NCBI GenBank assembly: GCA_001002285.1
Contig: LCLX01000003.1
Span: forward strand, 2,560-66,559
Length of the DNA: 64,000 nucleotides
DNA from: Microgenomates group bacterium GW2011_GWC1_46_15
Lineage (GTDB): Bacteria > Patescibacteriota > Microgenomatia > UBA1400 > UBA12028
Direction: 5' to 3'
In this document: positions 48,308-57,800 of the stretch, one piece after another
How the letters are laid out: every line of letters begins with the position of its first letter
Position numbering within the stretch: the stretch's first letter is position 1
Notes under the pieces: generated by a model
Told to the model about the DNA's origin: nothing
What the model saw: only the letters and a program-made list of their open reading frames with translations
The model's database searches: none
Made by a program: the position numbers and the translations under genes

Positions 48308-49429
48308 CTACTTTAAGTATGATAACGGACTTTCATGAACTCCGCCGCGCCGGATCTCAAAATGGAGATGTGTCCCTGTGCTGCGGCCAGTGCTTCCCAT
48401 TTGGCCAATAATATCTCCACGGCGTACCGTCTGTCCCACCTGCACTTGAATCAGCGCAAGATGGGCATATAACGTAGAGTATCCATTTCCATGATCAATG
48501 ATAATGCGGTTTCCGTACCCAGCGTTGTCTATCCAGCCCGCGACAATCACTTTTCCTGAATCGGCGGCAAGAACATTTCCACCACTGCGGTTTGCGATAT
48601 CCGTACCCTTGTGATAAAACCTGAAATCCTGCGTAATACGGCCAGAAGCCGGCCACACAAACGAACCCGTTGGTGACACGGAACCTGCGTTGGGAGTAAG
48701 GACACTTGCAACCGATGATGGCGGCAAAAGATCACCCGCAGGCATCATACCATCTGGAATCACAAGGTCTTGGCCAACAGAGAGCGCAAATGTTTCGTCG
48801 TTAGTAAACGTGTTGAATGGATAGTCAACAACACCCTGGGCTTGTGTGTCTTCTAGCCCATACAGTTTGGCGATGGTATAGATCGTCTCCCCCTTCTTTA
48901 CCTTGTGCAAAACACCATCAACTGGCAAAATTTTGAGTTGTTGACCGGGTTTAATGAGTGGTTTTTTCTCGTTGAGTTTATTCAGCCACAAAATGGTTGT
49001 TGGTTTGAGGTTATACAGCCTCGCGATAGACTCCACGGTCTCACCATTTTTCACTTCGTGCGTAATGACCTCACCGCCACGGTACTGCACCACTTCTCTC
49101 CCCTGCACCGTTGTCATTGCTTGACTCGAATCTGTTGCGGAAGACAATACTCCAGAGGGTAATTCGTCTGGAACCCGGTCGCCGGCGTTCACTTTTTGGA
49201 GAATCAACGGACCAAGTGTAATACCGACAAACGCGATAACGGTCATGACAATGTGCAAAAATGGCCGAGTGTACTTTCCGCGGCGCTTGTAGAGAAGATC
49301 AACAATCACGTCTTTGAGTTTTTCAAACTGTGCAAAAAAAGAGTACAGCCGGGTGCGCACGTACCGCATAAAAAACACTGAAAACGTGCGGAGTTCTTGC
49401 ATAAATGAGTGTTTTTCATACACGGACAT
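48308..49429 (-). CDS. Membrane-anchored LysM x2 / M23 peptidase
   Basis: Two LysM repeats (HEVKNGET, HKVKKGET); HKGTDIA, YAHL and TGRSTGTHLHFEIR. Confidence 0.95.
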   Translation of the reverse strand: MSVYEKHSFMQELRTFSVFFMRYVRTRLYSFFAQFEKLKDVIVDLLYKRRGKYTRPFLHIVMTVIAFVGITLGPLILQKVNAGDRVPDELPSGVLSSATDSSQAMTTVQGREVVQYRGGEVITHEVKNGETVESIARLYNLKPTTILWLNKLNEKKPLIKPGQQLKILPVDGVLHKVKKGETIYTIAKLYGLEDTQAQGVVDYPFNTFTNDETFALSVGQDLVIPDGMMPAGDLLPPSSVASVLTPNAGSVSPTGSFVWPASGRITQDFRFYHKGTDIANRSGGNVLAADSGKVIVAGWIDNAGYGNRIIIDHGNGYSTLYAHLALIQVQVGQTVRRGDIIGQMGSTGRSTGTHLHFEIRRGGVHESPLSYLK

Positions 49430-49499
49430 AGTAGGGTGTTATTGTACACTGCCCAGAGGAAAAAGTCCTCCCCTCAATCGAAGAAGACGTTCTGAGAGA

Positions 49500-51065
49500 C
49501 TATCCCTCTTTTAGGCTCGCCAAAAACTCTTTATTAGACTTCGTTCTCTTCAACCGGTCCAACAAGAGTGATGTCCGCTCGTCTTTGCCCAGGATATCAA
49601 TCATGCGGTGCATGACGATGATACTTTGGTAATCTGTCTGGCTGAACAAGAGATCTTCGCGACGTGTTCCCGAACGCTGAACGTCAATCGATGGGAAGAT
49701 GCGGCGGTCTGCAAGCGCGCGGTCGAGCACCAACTCCATGTTACCCGTTCCCTTGAACTCCTCATAAATGAGGTCGTCCATGCGTGAACCGGTATCAACA
49801 AGCGCCGTGCCAATGATGGTAAGCGATCCATGGCCTTCAAAGTTGCGCGCCGCGCCAAAGAACCGTTTGGGTGGATACAGCGCCGCTGGATCAAATCCAC
49901 CTGAGAGCGTACGCCCAGAGGTTGGGATTGCCAAGTTATACGCGCGGGCAAGCCGAGTGATCGAGTCCAACAGAATGACAACGTGCTGGCCATCTTCAAC
50001 CAACCGCTTTGCGCGCTCAAGCGCCAACTCCGCAACCCGCGTCTGCTCTTCTGCAGGCTCGTCAAAGTTGCTTGCAGCAACTTCGCCTCGCCCACCCGTA
50101 ATTCCCTCAATATGTCTGCGGATATCTGTCACTTCTTCCGGACGCTCACCGATCAACACCGCCATAATGTGCGAGTCGGGATAGTTTTTCGCGACGCCGG
50201 TTGAAATTTCCTTCATCACCGTTGTTTTTCCAGCCTTTGGTGGAGAAACAATCATGCCACGCTGTCCTTTTCCGATTGGCGCAACCAAGTCAATTAAGCG
50301 GGTAGACAATGTTTCTGCTCCCGTTTCCAGCGTGAACCGTTCATCTGGGTACACGGGTGTAAGATCATCAAAACGGATACGCTTCTCGACCTCTTCAACT
50401 GGCTTTCCATTCACTTTTTCTACCTTCAACAAACCCCAAAAACGCTCGTTTTCTTTTGGAATACGCGCGGGACCTTCCACAACATCGCCGGGGCGGAGAT
50501 AAAAGCGACGGATTTGTGACGAGCTAATGTACACATCACGGTTTGATGGTGAAAAACGCGGCCGCAATAACCCATGGCCATCTGGTGACGTGTCTAAAAT
50601 ACCATTTACTGTTTCTGTTGGAACATCACTATCCTGCATATTCATATCATCATTCATTCCCATGTCGTCATTACGGTTACCCGCTGGCATGTATCTCCCA
50701 CGGCTTCCACCAGCACTTCCCATACGACCACGCGTGTCATTACGCATATCTCCTCCTCGATTTCCCCGGTCATCGTTACGATCCCGTGATACCCAAGGAC
50801 GACGGGCTGCGCCTAGATTGCCGCCGCCCATACCTCCACCATTCATACTTCCACCCATTGCGCCGCCACTCACATTACTGCCGACTAACGGCCGGATTGG
50901 CGTTGGCAACTCAGATTCCGCAGCAGACACCGGAATCACCGGCACACTGCGCACTGATTTTGCTTTTTGCTTTTCTGTTTGAGCTTTTTCTTCTTCGGCC
51001 GGAGGACGGCCAACGAGCGAGGCAACATCAACAACATCGTCTGATGTTTTTTTTGTGACTGGCAT
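49500..51065 (-). CDS. rho: Transcription termination factor Rho with a long low-complexity N-terminus
   Basis: DVYISSSQIRRF, PIGKGQRGMIVSPPKAGKT, ERPEEVTD, DSITRLARAYN and EEFKGTGNMEL. Confidence 0.98.
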   Translation of the reverse strand: MPVTKKTSDDVVDVASLVGRPPAEEEKAQTEKQKAKSVRSVPVIPVSAAESELPTPIRPLVGSNVSGGAMGGSMNGGGMGGGNLGAARRPWVSRDRNDDRGNRGGDMRNDTRGRMGSAGGSRGRYMPAGNRNDDMGMNDDMNMQDSDVPTETVNGILDTSPDGHGLLRPRFSPSNRDVYISSSQIRRFYLRPGDVVEGPARIPKENERFWGLLKVEKVNGKPVEEVEKRIRFDDLTPVYPDERFTLETGAETLSTRLIDLVAPIGKGQRGMIVSPPKAGKTTVMKEISTGVAKNYPDSHIMAVLIGERPEEVTDIRRHIEGITGGRGEVAASNFDEPAEEQTRVAELALERAKRLVEDGQHVVILLDSITRLARAYNLAIPTSGRTLSGGFDPAALYPPKRFFGAARNFEGHGSLTIIGTALVDTGSRMDDLIYEEFKGTGNMELVLDRALADRRIFPSIDVQRSGTRREDLLFSQTDYQSIIVMHRMIDILGKDERTSLLLDRLKRTKSNKEFLASLKEG

Positions 51066-51515
51066 ACAAAAACTCCTTTTATTATTTTTTACTGTATACG
51101 TGGCGTACTGTTATGGGTGAAACATTGAAAAATAGTCATGCGTTGCTGGTATCTATATATCTCTATGCTTTACGGGGAACTGCTCTACACCTGCATTGTG
51201 CCATCTGTCTGGTCATTCGTCAAGCACAAATCACGTTCTTTGTACTTTATATGCGCCTCTGCGATGCGTGTTTTTGCGATCGGATTCCTACGGAAGTTCG
51301 GATGCCTGCCCAACCTCCGAACCTCCATACGAATCCGATAGCTGGTACACTCGCACGCCGTCCTTCTCAAATCGCAGTATGTGTGTTGACAATTGTCGTG
51401 GCACTTGCTACTGTGTTACTTAAGTTTGTTTCGAAAGAAACAGATGGTCCTAAAAAAGCATTGCTATTCGTGGCTCAATTCCAGCGATAGTGATGCTTTT
51501 TTATTGGCTGATCAG

Positions 51516-51543
51516 ATTATAATCGTGTTCCGCCCCTTGTCAA
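51516..51543 (-). promoter_or_regulatory. Consensus sigma70 promoter, probably for rho (about 445-nt leader)
   Basis: Minus strand TTGACA (51543-51538), 16 bp, TATAAT (51521-51516). Confidence 0.7.
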
Positions 51544-51655
51544 GCCTATAACAAACATTACACTAATTAATGGATACCCTATAACAAACAATGTCATACA
51601 TTTTACTCAAGAAAAATGAAAGATTTCCGCATAAAAAATGTGCGTGTGGATAACT

Positions 51656-53005
51656 TTATTTTAGCGTGTTGACCAGTTCGCGGATTCTTCGCACCTGTTT
51701 TCCGCTGATCACACGCGTGTATCCCAACCGCCGTGCCTCTTTCGCGCGTTTCTCCCCCATCCCAACACTGCGCACTTCGCCCAGTAAGCCGATTTCACCC
51801 ACATACGCCGCGTCTTTCGGAAGTGGAATATTTTTACATGAGGAAGCAATCGCCATCGCAATCGCTAAATCAGCACCAGGCTCGTTGACGACAAATCCAC
51901 CAGCTACATTTACAAAAATATCCTGTGTACCAAGCGGTAGTCCGCAATGTTTCTGCAATACTGCTGCTAGTAACTGAATACGTGGTAGCGCGATTCCACG
52001 GCCTACTCTGCGCGGCATCGCAAGTTGCGACGGCACCACCAACGCTTGAATTTCAACCAGCACCGGCCGCGTTCCTTCCAATACCGGAACAATCGCCGAT
52101 CCCGGCACATCACGGCTGGATTCCTGCAAAAACACCGCGCTTGGATTTTTTACTTCGCGCAATCCTGTTTCTACCGTTTCAAACACTCCAACTTCATCAG
52201 TCGCGCCAAATCTGTTTTTGACCGAGCGCAAAAGGCGGAAAAATCCTGACCGCTCACCGCTCAGCTCCAATACCGTGTCCACAATGTGTTCAAGTACCTT
52301 TGGTCCGGCAATCACGCCGTCTTTTGTGACGTGCCCAACCAAAAACACCGGAATATTCATGGATTTCGCGATGCGCGTGAACCGCTGCGTACATTCCTTG
52401 AGCTGACCAACCGATCCCGCGGTTCCCGTGAGATCAGACGTCTGCATGCTTTGAATGCTGTCAACAATTACCATGCCCGGTTTTTTTGATTGAATCACCC
52501 CAATGCACGCGTCCGCGTCAATTGACGTCACAAACTCCAACCGTTTTGCCACCGCCTGCGGAAGCGCCGTTCCGCTCATGCGCTTGATCCGGAGCGCAAT
52601 TTGTTCTGGACTTTCCTCTCCGCAGATGTACATAATCTCATACTCTTTAGACGTATCTTTCAGCAAATTAATGACTATTTGAGTAAGAAGTGTGGACTTC
52701 CCGATCCCCGGCTCACCCCCGATGAGGTTCACCGAACCTAACACGATACCGCCACCCACAACGCGGTCAAACTCTTCCATTCCACTGGGTATTCGAACAA
52801 ATAAGCGGTCGAGGTGTTTGAGTTCGCTTAACGTGACCGCCTGCGCGGGGCGCGAAGACCCTATGGTGTATTTTGTTGAGAATGAGGTTGGCGCGATCGT
52901 TTCCACCAGCGTGTTCCACGATCCGCAGTTTGGACACTGGCCAATCCACTTGGGTGATTGAAACTCACACGTCTGGCAAATATAGAGCGTAGAAGACTTC
53001 GGCAT
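51656..53005 (-). CDS. radA: DNA repair protein RadA/Sms
   Basis: C4 zinc finger CQTC...CPNC, GEPGIGKST, KNRFG and a Lon-like C-terminus. Confidence 0.97.
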   Translation of the reverse strand: MPKSSTLYICQTCEFQSPKWIGQCPNCGSWNTLVETIAPTSFSTKYTIGSSRPAQAVTLSELKHLDRLFVRIPSGMEEFDRVVGGGIVLGSVNLIGGEPGIGKSTLLTQIVINLLKDTSKEYEIMYICGEESPEQIALRIKRMSGTALPQAVAKRLEFVTSIDADACIGVIQSKKPGMVIVDSIQSMQTSDLTGTAGSVGQLKECTQRFTRIAKSMNIPVFLVGHVTKDGVIAGPKVLEHIVDTVLELSGERSGFFRLLRSVKNRFGATDEVGVFETVETGLREVKNPSAVFLQESSRDVPGSAIVPVLEGTRPVLVEIQALVVPSQLAMPRRVGRGIALPRIQLLAAVLQKHCGLPLGTQDIFVNVAGGFVVNEPGADLAIAMAIASSCKNIPLPKDAAYVGEIGLLGEVRSVGMGEKRAKEARRLGYTRVISGKQVRRIRELVNTLK

Positions 53006-53078
53006 TGTGAAGGTATTCTAGCACCCGCTCAAAAAAGGAACATATTGACAATGCTGGCACAACTTGAACGACACGTTT

Positions 53079-53240
53079 TTATCCATTGTTGCCGGTCATT
53101 CCCTGCACCGCCTCAAGATATGCGCGCATTTCTTTTTCAACTTTTTCCCAATCGCCGCCTGCTTCCCGGATCGCTTTAAACAGCAAATCCATATCAATAA
53201 GCAGCTGGTCGTCTGTTACGATCATGCGTTGTTTTGACAT
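53079..53240 (-). CDS. 53-aa hypothetical protein downstream of rpsA (not in the ORF track)
   Basis: AAGGAG Shine-Dalgarno; MSKQRMIVTDDQLLIDMDLLFKAIREAGGDWEKVEKEMRAYLEAVQGMTGNNG. Confidence 0.65.
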   Translation of the reverse strand: MSKQRMIVTDDQLLIDMDLLFKAIREAGGDWEKVEKEMRAYLEAVQGMTGNNG

Positions 53241-53270
53241 ATATCTCCTTTTGTCTTGTATGTATGCGTT

Positions 53271-54533
53271 CTACTTGTAGTCTATCGGAACTTCAGTCAA
53301 CATCAAGCCGAGCCGCATACGGCGTGCTTCTGGCTCAACTTTTTCGACTGTTACATCAAGTTTTTCGCCGACTTTTGGTTCCTTGCCAGCTGGAATTTTG
53401 CTGATGTGAATCAACCCGTCTACTCCAGGCTCCAAGTTCACAAACACACCAAACGGCGCAATACGTGAAACTTTGCCCGAAATCGTCATCCCATCTTGGT
53501 ACCGGTCTGCGATCGTGACCCACGGATCATCACCGAGGCGCTTAATCGACAAGTTCATCTTGCCGGTTTCTTTGTCCACCGACAGAACTTTCACTTTGAG
53601 TTTATCGCCAACTTTGTACAGCTGATTAGGATTCTCCACTTTTTCCCACGAAATTTCACTGATATGGACGAGTCCTTCAATATTCCCAAGCCCCTTTTTG
53701 TCTTCGGGCTTTGCTCCCGCAATCGGAACTTCAACCGTTACGAACACGCCAAACGGCATCACGCCGGAAACAGTTCCGTTATATACTTCGCCCTCAACAA
53801 TCGAGGTGAGAACTTCACCTTTTTGCGCGATCACTTGGGCTTCGGAAACATACCGCTCAGAAAAAATTAAGCGATTTTTCTCTTTATCAACCTCAATGAC
53901 GCGGACTTTGATTGGTGTATCAATCAGTGATTCAAGTTTGCCAATGTATTGTTTCCCAAACTGGCTTGTTGGAATAAATCCGCGGACACCATCAACACCC
54001 GCAATCATACCCCCCTTGTTCATCTCCATACCGCGCACTATCACCACTTCTTCCGTCTTCATCGCCTGCTCAAACTGATCCCATTTCTGGTTCATCATCG
54101 CGCGTTTGAATGAAAGCAAAATTTGGCCTCGGTCATTTTCCGCGCTCACCACATACACAGAAACTTTGTCCCCCGTGTGGAGCGTCGCAATAAAATCCTG
54201 CGCCGCTTCGTACTCTTTATCAACAATAAGACCTTCGGTTTTCCCCGCGATATCGACAAGCACCATTTTCTTTGTCACATCGGTCACAATTCCTTCGACA
54301 ACATCACCATGTTTTGGAACATTGAGCGATACCCCGTCGAGTGCGAGAAGCTCGTCCATAGAGGTTGGTGTTGAACCAACCGCCATGGTTTTTGACGCAG
54401 CTTTTGTTGCAACTTTCATTACAACCTTTGCCGCAACTTTCGCCGCACCAGAACTCACTGACTCAGCCGGACTTTTCGCTTTCCCCTTTCCTGAAGATTT
54501 CACACCAGAAGCGTTATCTGAAACTGTAGACAT
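53271..54533 (-). CDS. rpsA: 30S ribosomal protein S1 (four S1 domains)
   Basis: Four S1 repeats (GDVVEG.V, RGFIP.SQ, EGLVHISEISW, DGLIHISKI); K/A-rich N-terminal extension. Confidence 0.92.
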   Translation of the reverse strand: MSTVSDNASGVKSSGKGKAKSPAESVSSGAAKVAAKVVMKVATKAASKTMAVGSTPTSMDELLALDGVSLNVPKHGDVVEGIVTDVTKKMVLVDIAGKTEGLIVDKEYEAAQDFIATLHTGDKVSVYVVSAENDRGQILLSFKRAMMNQKWDQFEQAMKTEEVVIVRGMEMNKGGMIAGVDGVRGFIPTSQFGKQYIGKLESLIDTPIKVRVIEVDKEKNRLIFSERYVSEAQVIAQKGEVLTSIVEGEVYNGTVSGVMPFGVFVTVEVPIAGAKPEDKKGLGNIEGLVHISEISWEKVENPNQLYKVGDKLKVKVLSVDKETGKMNLSIKRLGDDPWVTIADRYQDGMTISGKVSRIAPFGVFVNLEPGVDGLIHISKIPAGKEPKVGEKLDVTVEKVEPEARRMRLGLMLTEVPIDYK

Positions 54534-54611
54534 ATCGAATAATCCCCTTTCATAAGAATAGGGGGATTGTACCAGATGTAGGAAGAGATGACAATGCTGG
54601 AACTGATGAAG

Positions 54612-54771
54612 AGTTCGGGACTCGTCACTTGGGTAGACACAAACGACTCTTGGCTAAGTCCCGATCTACCCATATAGGGCATACATTAGATTACACATAT
54701 AACTCACGAAAACAAACTAAAAAGTCCTATATGTCAGCCCCTTGATAAGGTTTTCTGTAAGTCCCGATCTT
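54612..54771 (-). repeat. Dispersed palindromic repeat family 1, copy C
   Basis: Plus strand AGTTCGGGACTCGTCACTTGGGTA...CTCTTGGCTAAGTCCCGATCTACCCATATAGGG...TAAGTCCCGATCTT is the reverse complement of copies A and B. Confidence 0.9.
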
Positions 54772-54787
54772 AATCCAAATACAAAAA

Positions 54788-54905
54788 TCCCGGCCTTGAC
54801 CTATTTTCACACCAGCTCGTGCTGGCATTATCGTAGGCGCTGATGCGTTTGACGACTCTGTTCGGAATGGGAAGAGGTCGGACCACATCGCTCTAAAGAC
54901 CGGGA
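54788..54905 (-). rRNA. rrf: 5S rRNA
   Basis: Terminal helix TCCCGG/CCGGGA and conserved CCCATTCCGAAC; about 118 nt long, located downstream of the 23S. Confidence 0.92.
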
Positions 54906-55131
54906 AGATTGACGAATGTAAAGAGTTCCAATCAAACGCGTATATCAGACGTATGTCTGCGCGTTTGGTTTCGCTCCTTCACAATCGTGAAGAGAATGAA
55001 AGGTATACACGTAATGTATGTTCAATCGACCGATTAGTACAGCTAGGCTTAATCCTTCACAGGACGTACACCGGCTGCCTATCAACCTCGTAATCTCCGA
55101 GGGGTCTATTGGGATGTCTCATCTTAGGAAC

Positions 55132-55164
<33 letters not shown>

Positions 55165-55244
55165 AACAGGAATGTGGCTACCCTGCATTGCGCTTGACAG
55201 CGACAACAGGCACACCAGGGATTCCCTCACTTCGGTCCTCTCGT

Positions 55245-55529
55245 CATCTGATCTTCTGTTACCAGAAGGATAGACTATACCTTCACCTTTTCGCATTTCT
55301 GCGAGGAAGGTGCTTGCCGTGTTATGGATATATAATCCATCTTCATTCCACCTATTTTGGCGGAAATCCAGTCGTTACGGGGATGATTCCAAACTCGATA
55401 AGAGTTTTTTGTCATCTTCCCTCGGTATTGTCCTCTATAGCCATGGGACCATAGCTTAAAATATAGAGGATTTCACCGATTTGAGCAAGTGTATCACCCC
55501 TGCATTTCTGCAAGGCGTAGCAATTGTTT
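55245..55529 (-). mobile_element. Group I intron at 23S position 2656 (sarcin-ricin loop), 285 nt, no ORF
   Basis: Splits CTAGT|ACGAGAGGACC after a U; terminal G; core motifs GTAACGACTG and GTATAGTCT. Confidence 0.88.
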
Positions 55530-55581
55530 ACTAGAAGCAAAATCCTTCAAACATCCAGCGCTGACAGTGGATAGAGGCCGA

Positions 55582-55910
55582 CAATATGTTACAAAGGTAC
55601 GGTTTTACGTACACTCTTTATCACTAAAGAGATCCGACTATATCTTCATCCCCGAAAAGGGATATTTGACGTATAGTCTGTGAGGATTTCCTTCGCTTTC
55701 GCTTAGGATCTTTCCTGCTGATTGTCTTGCGTCAACAATTGACTGGTTTACTATTTTCACTTGCATGCAGATGCGAAACAAGTAAGTAAACATTAACGAG
55801 GGTTTCCAGCATTTAGTCAAATTTATAGTGGTTAAACCACTGTTACATTTTTGAGTCCTACCTATCTTCAAACGTCTATCTGTAACTTAGACAGCAAGGC
55901 CTTATGCTCT
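55582..55910 (-). mobile_element. Group I intron at 23S position 2604, 329 nt, no intact ORF
   Basis: Splits GAGACAGT|TCGG; terminal G; motifs AATCAGCAGG, CAGACTATAC and AAGATAGTCG. Confidence 0.9.
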
Positions 55911-55944
<34 letters not shown>

Positions 55945-56003
55945 ACGCTTTAATGGGCGAACAGACCAACCCTTGGGAGCTTCTTCACCCCCAGGATGCG
56001 TTG

Positions 56004-56885
56004 CATATGATTTCATGTATTTCTACAGATATAGACTATATCTTCACCCTTCTTCGAAGGGGCTCGGCATATTATAGGAAGTAAAATTTGTCATGATTAT
56101 GACAACTATCCTATCTCGTTCTTTCGAACTCAGTCGTTACGGGGTCAAAGGAAGTTTATATTTCATACATTCAACCATATGCGGTCGAATGATGTTCGCA
56201 AACATACGTAAATCTCGAGATGGAATATGCAATCGAGCAAATCCACCAGCAAAATGTACTGCTGTGTGCAAACTGAAATTCTCAAATAGTGTTTGTTGAA
56301 GTACTTCATGTTCTTTTTGTGTAAAAGACGATGAACATATATACGCACCAGATTTATCCGTACGCAGATATCCATCATCCATATACCACACTGCTAGAAC
56401 AAGAGGCGATTGCAAAAGGACCTGAATATGTTCAGGTATACGTTTTTTCCCGTTATGATAAAAATCCATATAGTGTTGATCGAAAATATTTAAACTTAGT
56501 GTTGAAAACCTCCAACGTTTTGTTTGTTTTCCATTTCGACCAGCATGCCATAATATATATGGCTGCTTTTGTACATACATATTGAATTCTTTATAAAACC
56601 AGAAAACATATTTCTCTTGTTTTTCGCCACGCTCGATTCTTAATCGAACATGTTTTCCATTCTTTTCTAAACACCCATCACCTAATATTTTTCCAACAAG
56701 CATAGCGTGTTGTTTCGGTGATAAACTTCCTCGACTTCCCACGGTATTGCCATGTTTCATAGTTCATTTCAGCGTATCATAGATACCCGAAGAAAAGAAG
56801 AAGATGAAACGAAGGGTTCACCGTTATTAGCCAAGTGTTTTGTTTCAAAAATTACTCTTTGAATGACCCAGACCCTTTCGGGTTA
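56004..56885 (-). mobile_element. Group I intron at 23S position 2511 carrying a homing endonuclease gene
   Basis: Splits GTCGGCT|CAACGCATCC; terminal G; motifs GTAACGACT and AAGATATAGTCT. Confidence 0.9.
56137..56760 (-). CDS. LAGLIDADG homing endonuclease (LAGLIDADG_2-like)
   Basis: MLVGKILGDGCL and LAVWYMDDG motifs; lies inside the L2511 intron. Confidence 0.92.
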   Translation of the reverse strand: MKHGNTVGSRGSLSPKQHAMLVGKILGDGCLEKNGKHVRLRIERGEKQEKYVFWFYKEFNMYVQKQPYILWHAGRNGKQTKRWRFSTLSLNIFDQHYMDFYHNGKKRIPEHIQVLLQSPLVLAVWYMDDGYLRTDKSGAYICSSSFTQKEHEVLQQTLFENFSLHTAVHFAGGFARLHIPSRDLRMFANIIRPHMVECMKYKLPLTP

Positions 56886-56896
56886 AGCCGACATCG

Positions 56897-57240
56897 CAAA
56901 CAACCTAAAAACTTTCGTTTATAGCCTGACTATACCTTCATCCGCTAAGGGCGGATGTGGGCGTGTTATGGAATATGTAATATAGAGATATACTCCATCC
57001 AGAATTCTTCATTCTGAGTCGATACGGGGTCAAGATACTTTTGTAAAAGTATCCGACTTCCCACGGTGTTGCCATGTTTCATCATATTTCTACGGTATCA
57101 TAAAGACCCGAAGAAAAGTAGAAGATGAAACGAAGGGTTCACCGTTATGAGCCCAAATTCTCTGTTTTGTGCTTGAGTAATCACACACAGAACAGAAACA
57201 GCACCATCCTATTGCTAGAATGGGACCCCGATGTTAATTG
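56897..57240 (-). mobile_element. Group I intron at 23S position 2500, 344 nt, no ORF
   Basis: Splits CTACCT|CGATGTCGG; terminal G; core GTATCGACT and GTATAGTCAG. Confidence 0.9.
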
Positions 57241-57800
57241 AGGTAGCAAACCGCGCCGTCGCTAGGGACGCTTAGGCGCGATGACTCTGTTATCCCCAGA
57301 GTAGCTTTTATCCGTTAAGCCCGGTACCTTCCACAAAGTACACGAGGATCACTATGACCTGCTTTCGCACCTGCTCGGCCTGTTTGCCTCACAGTCAAGC
57401 ATCCTTATGCCGTTGCACTTCCAGCCCGATTTCCATCCGGGCCAAGGATACCATTGCGCGCTTGCGGTACTCTTTAGCAAGCAACCTCCCCAGTTAAACT
57501 ACCCGCCAGACAGTGTTCCCTTCGCCGTTTGCAGGCGAATTGGGTGAGATATTTTATACGAAACGAGCGGTATTACACTGTTGTATGTACCTTGCGGCAC
57601 ACACTCCCGCCTATCCTAGACAATCCCGAATAAAACATCAGTGCCAAGCTATAGTAAAGCTTCATGGGGTCTTTTTGTCCTACTGCCAGTAGGCCGCATC
57701 TTCACAGCCATTTCAATTTCGCCGAGTAATGGTTCGAGACAGTTGGAGACTCGTTGTTCCTTTCATGCGCGTCGCCAATTAAGCGACAAGGTATTTCGCT

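Noticed and set aside
51113-51490. 125-aa plus-strand ORF upstream of rho
   Set aside because: No recognisable motifs, and it lies antisense to the probable rho leader; better explained as non-coding.
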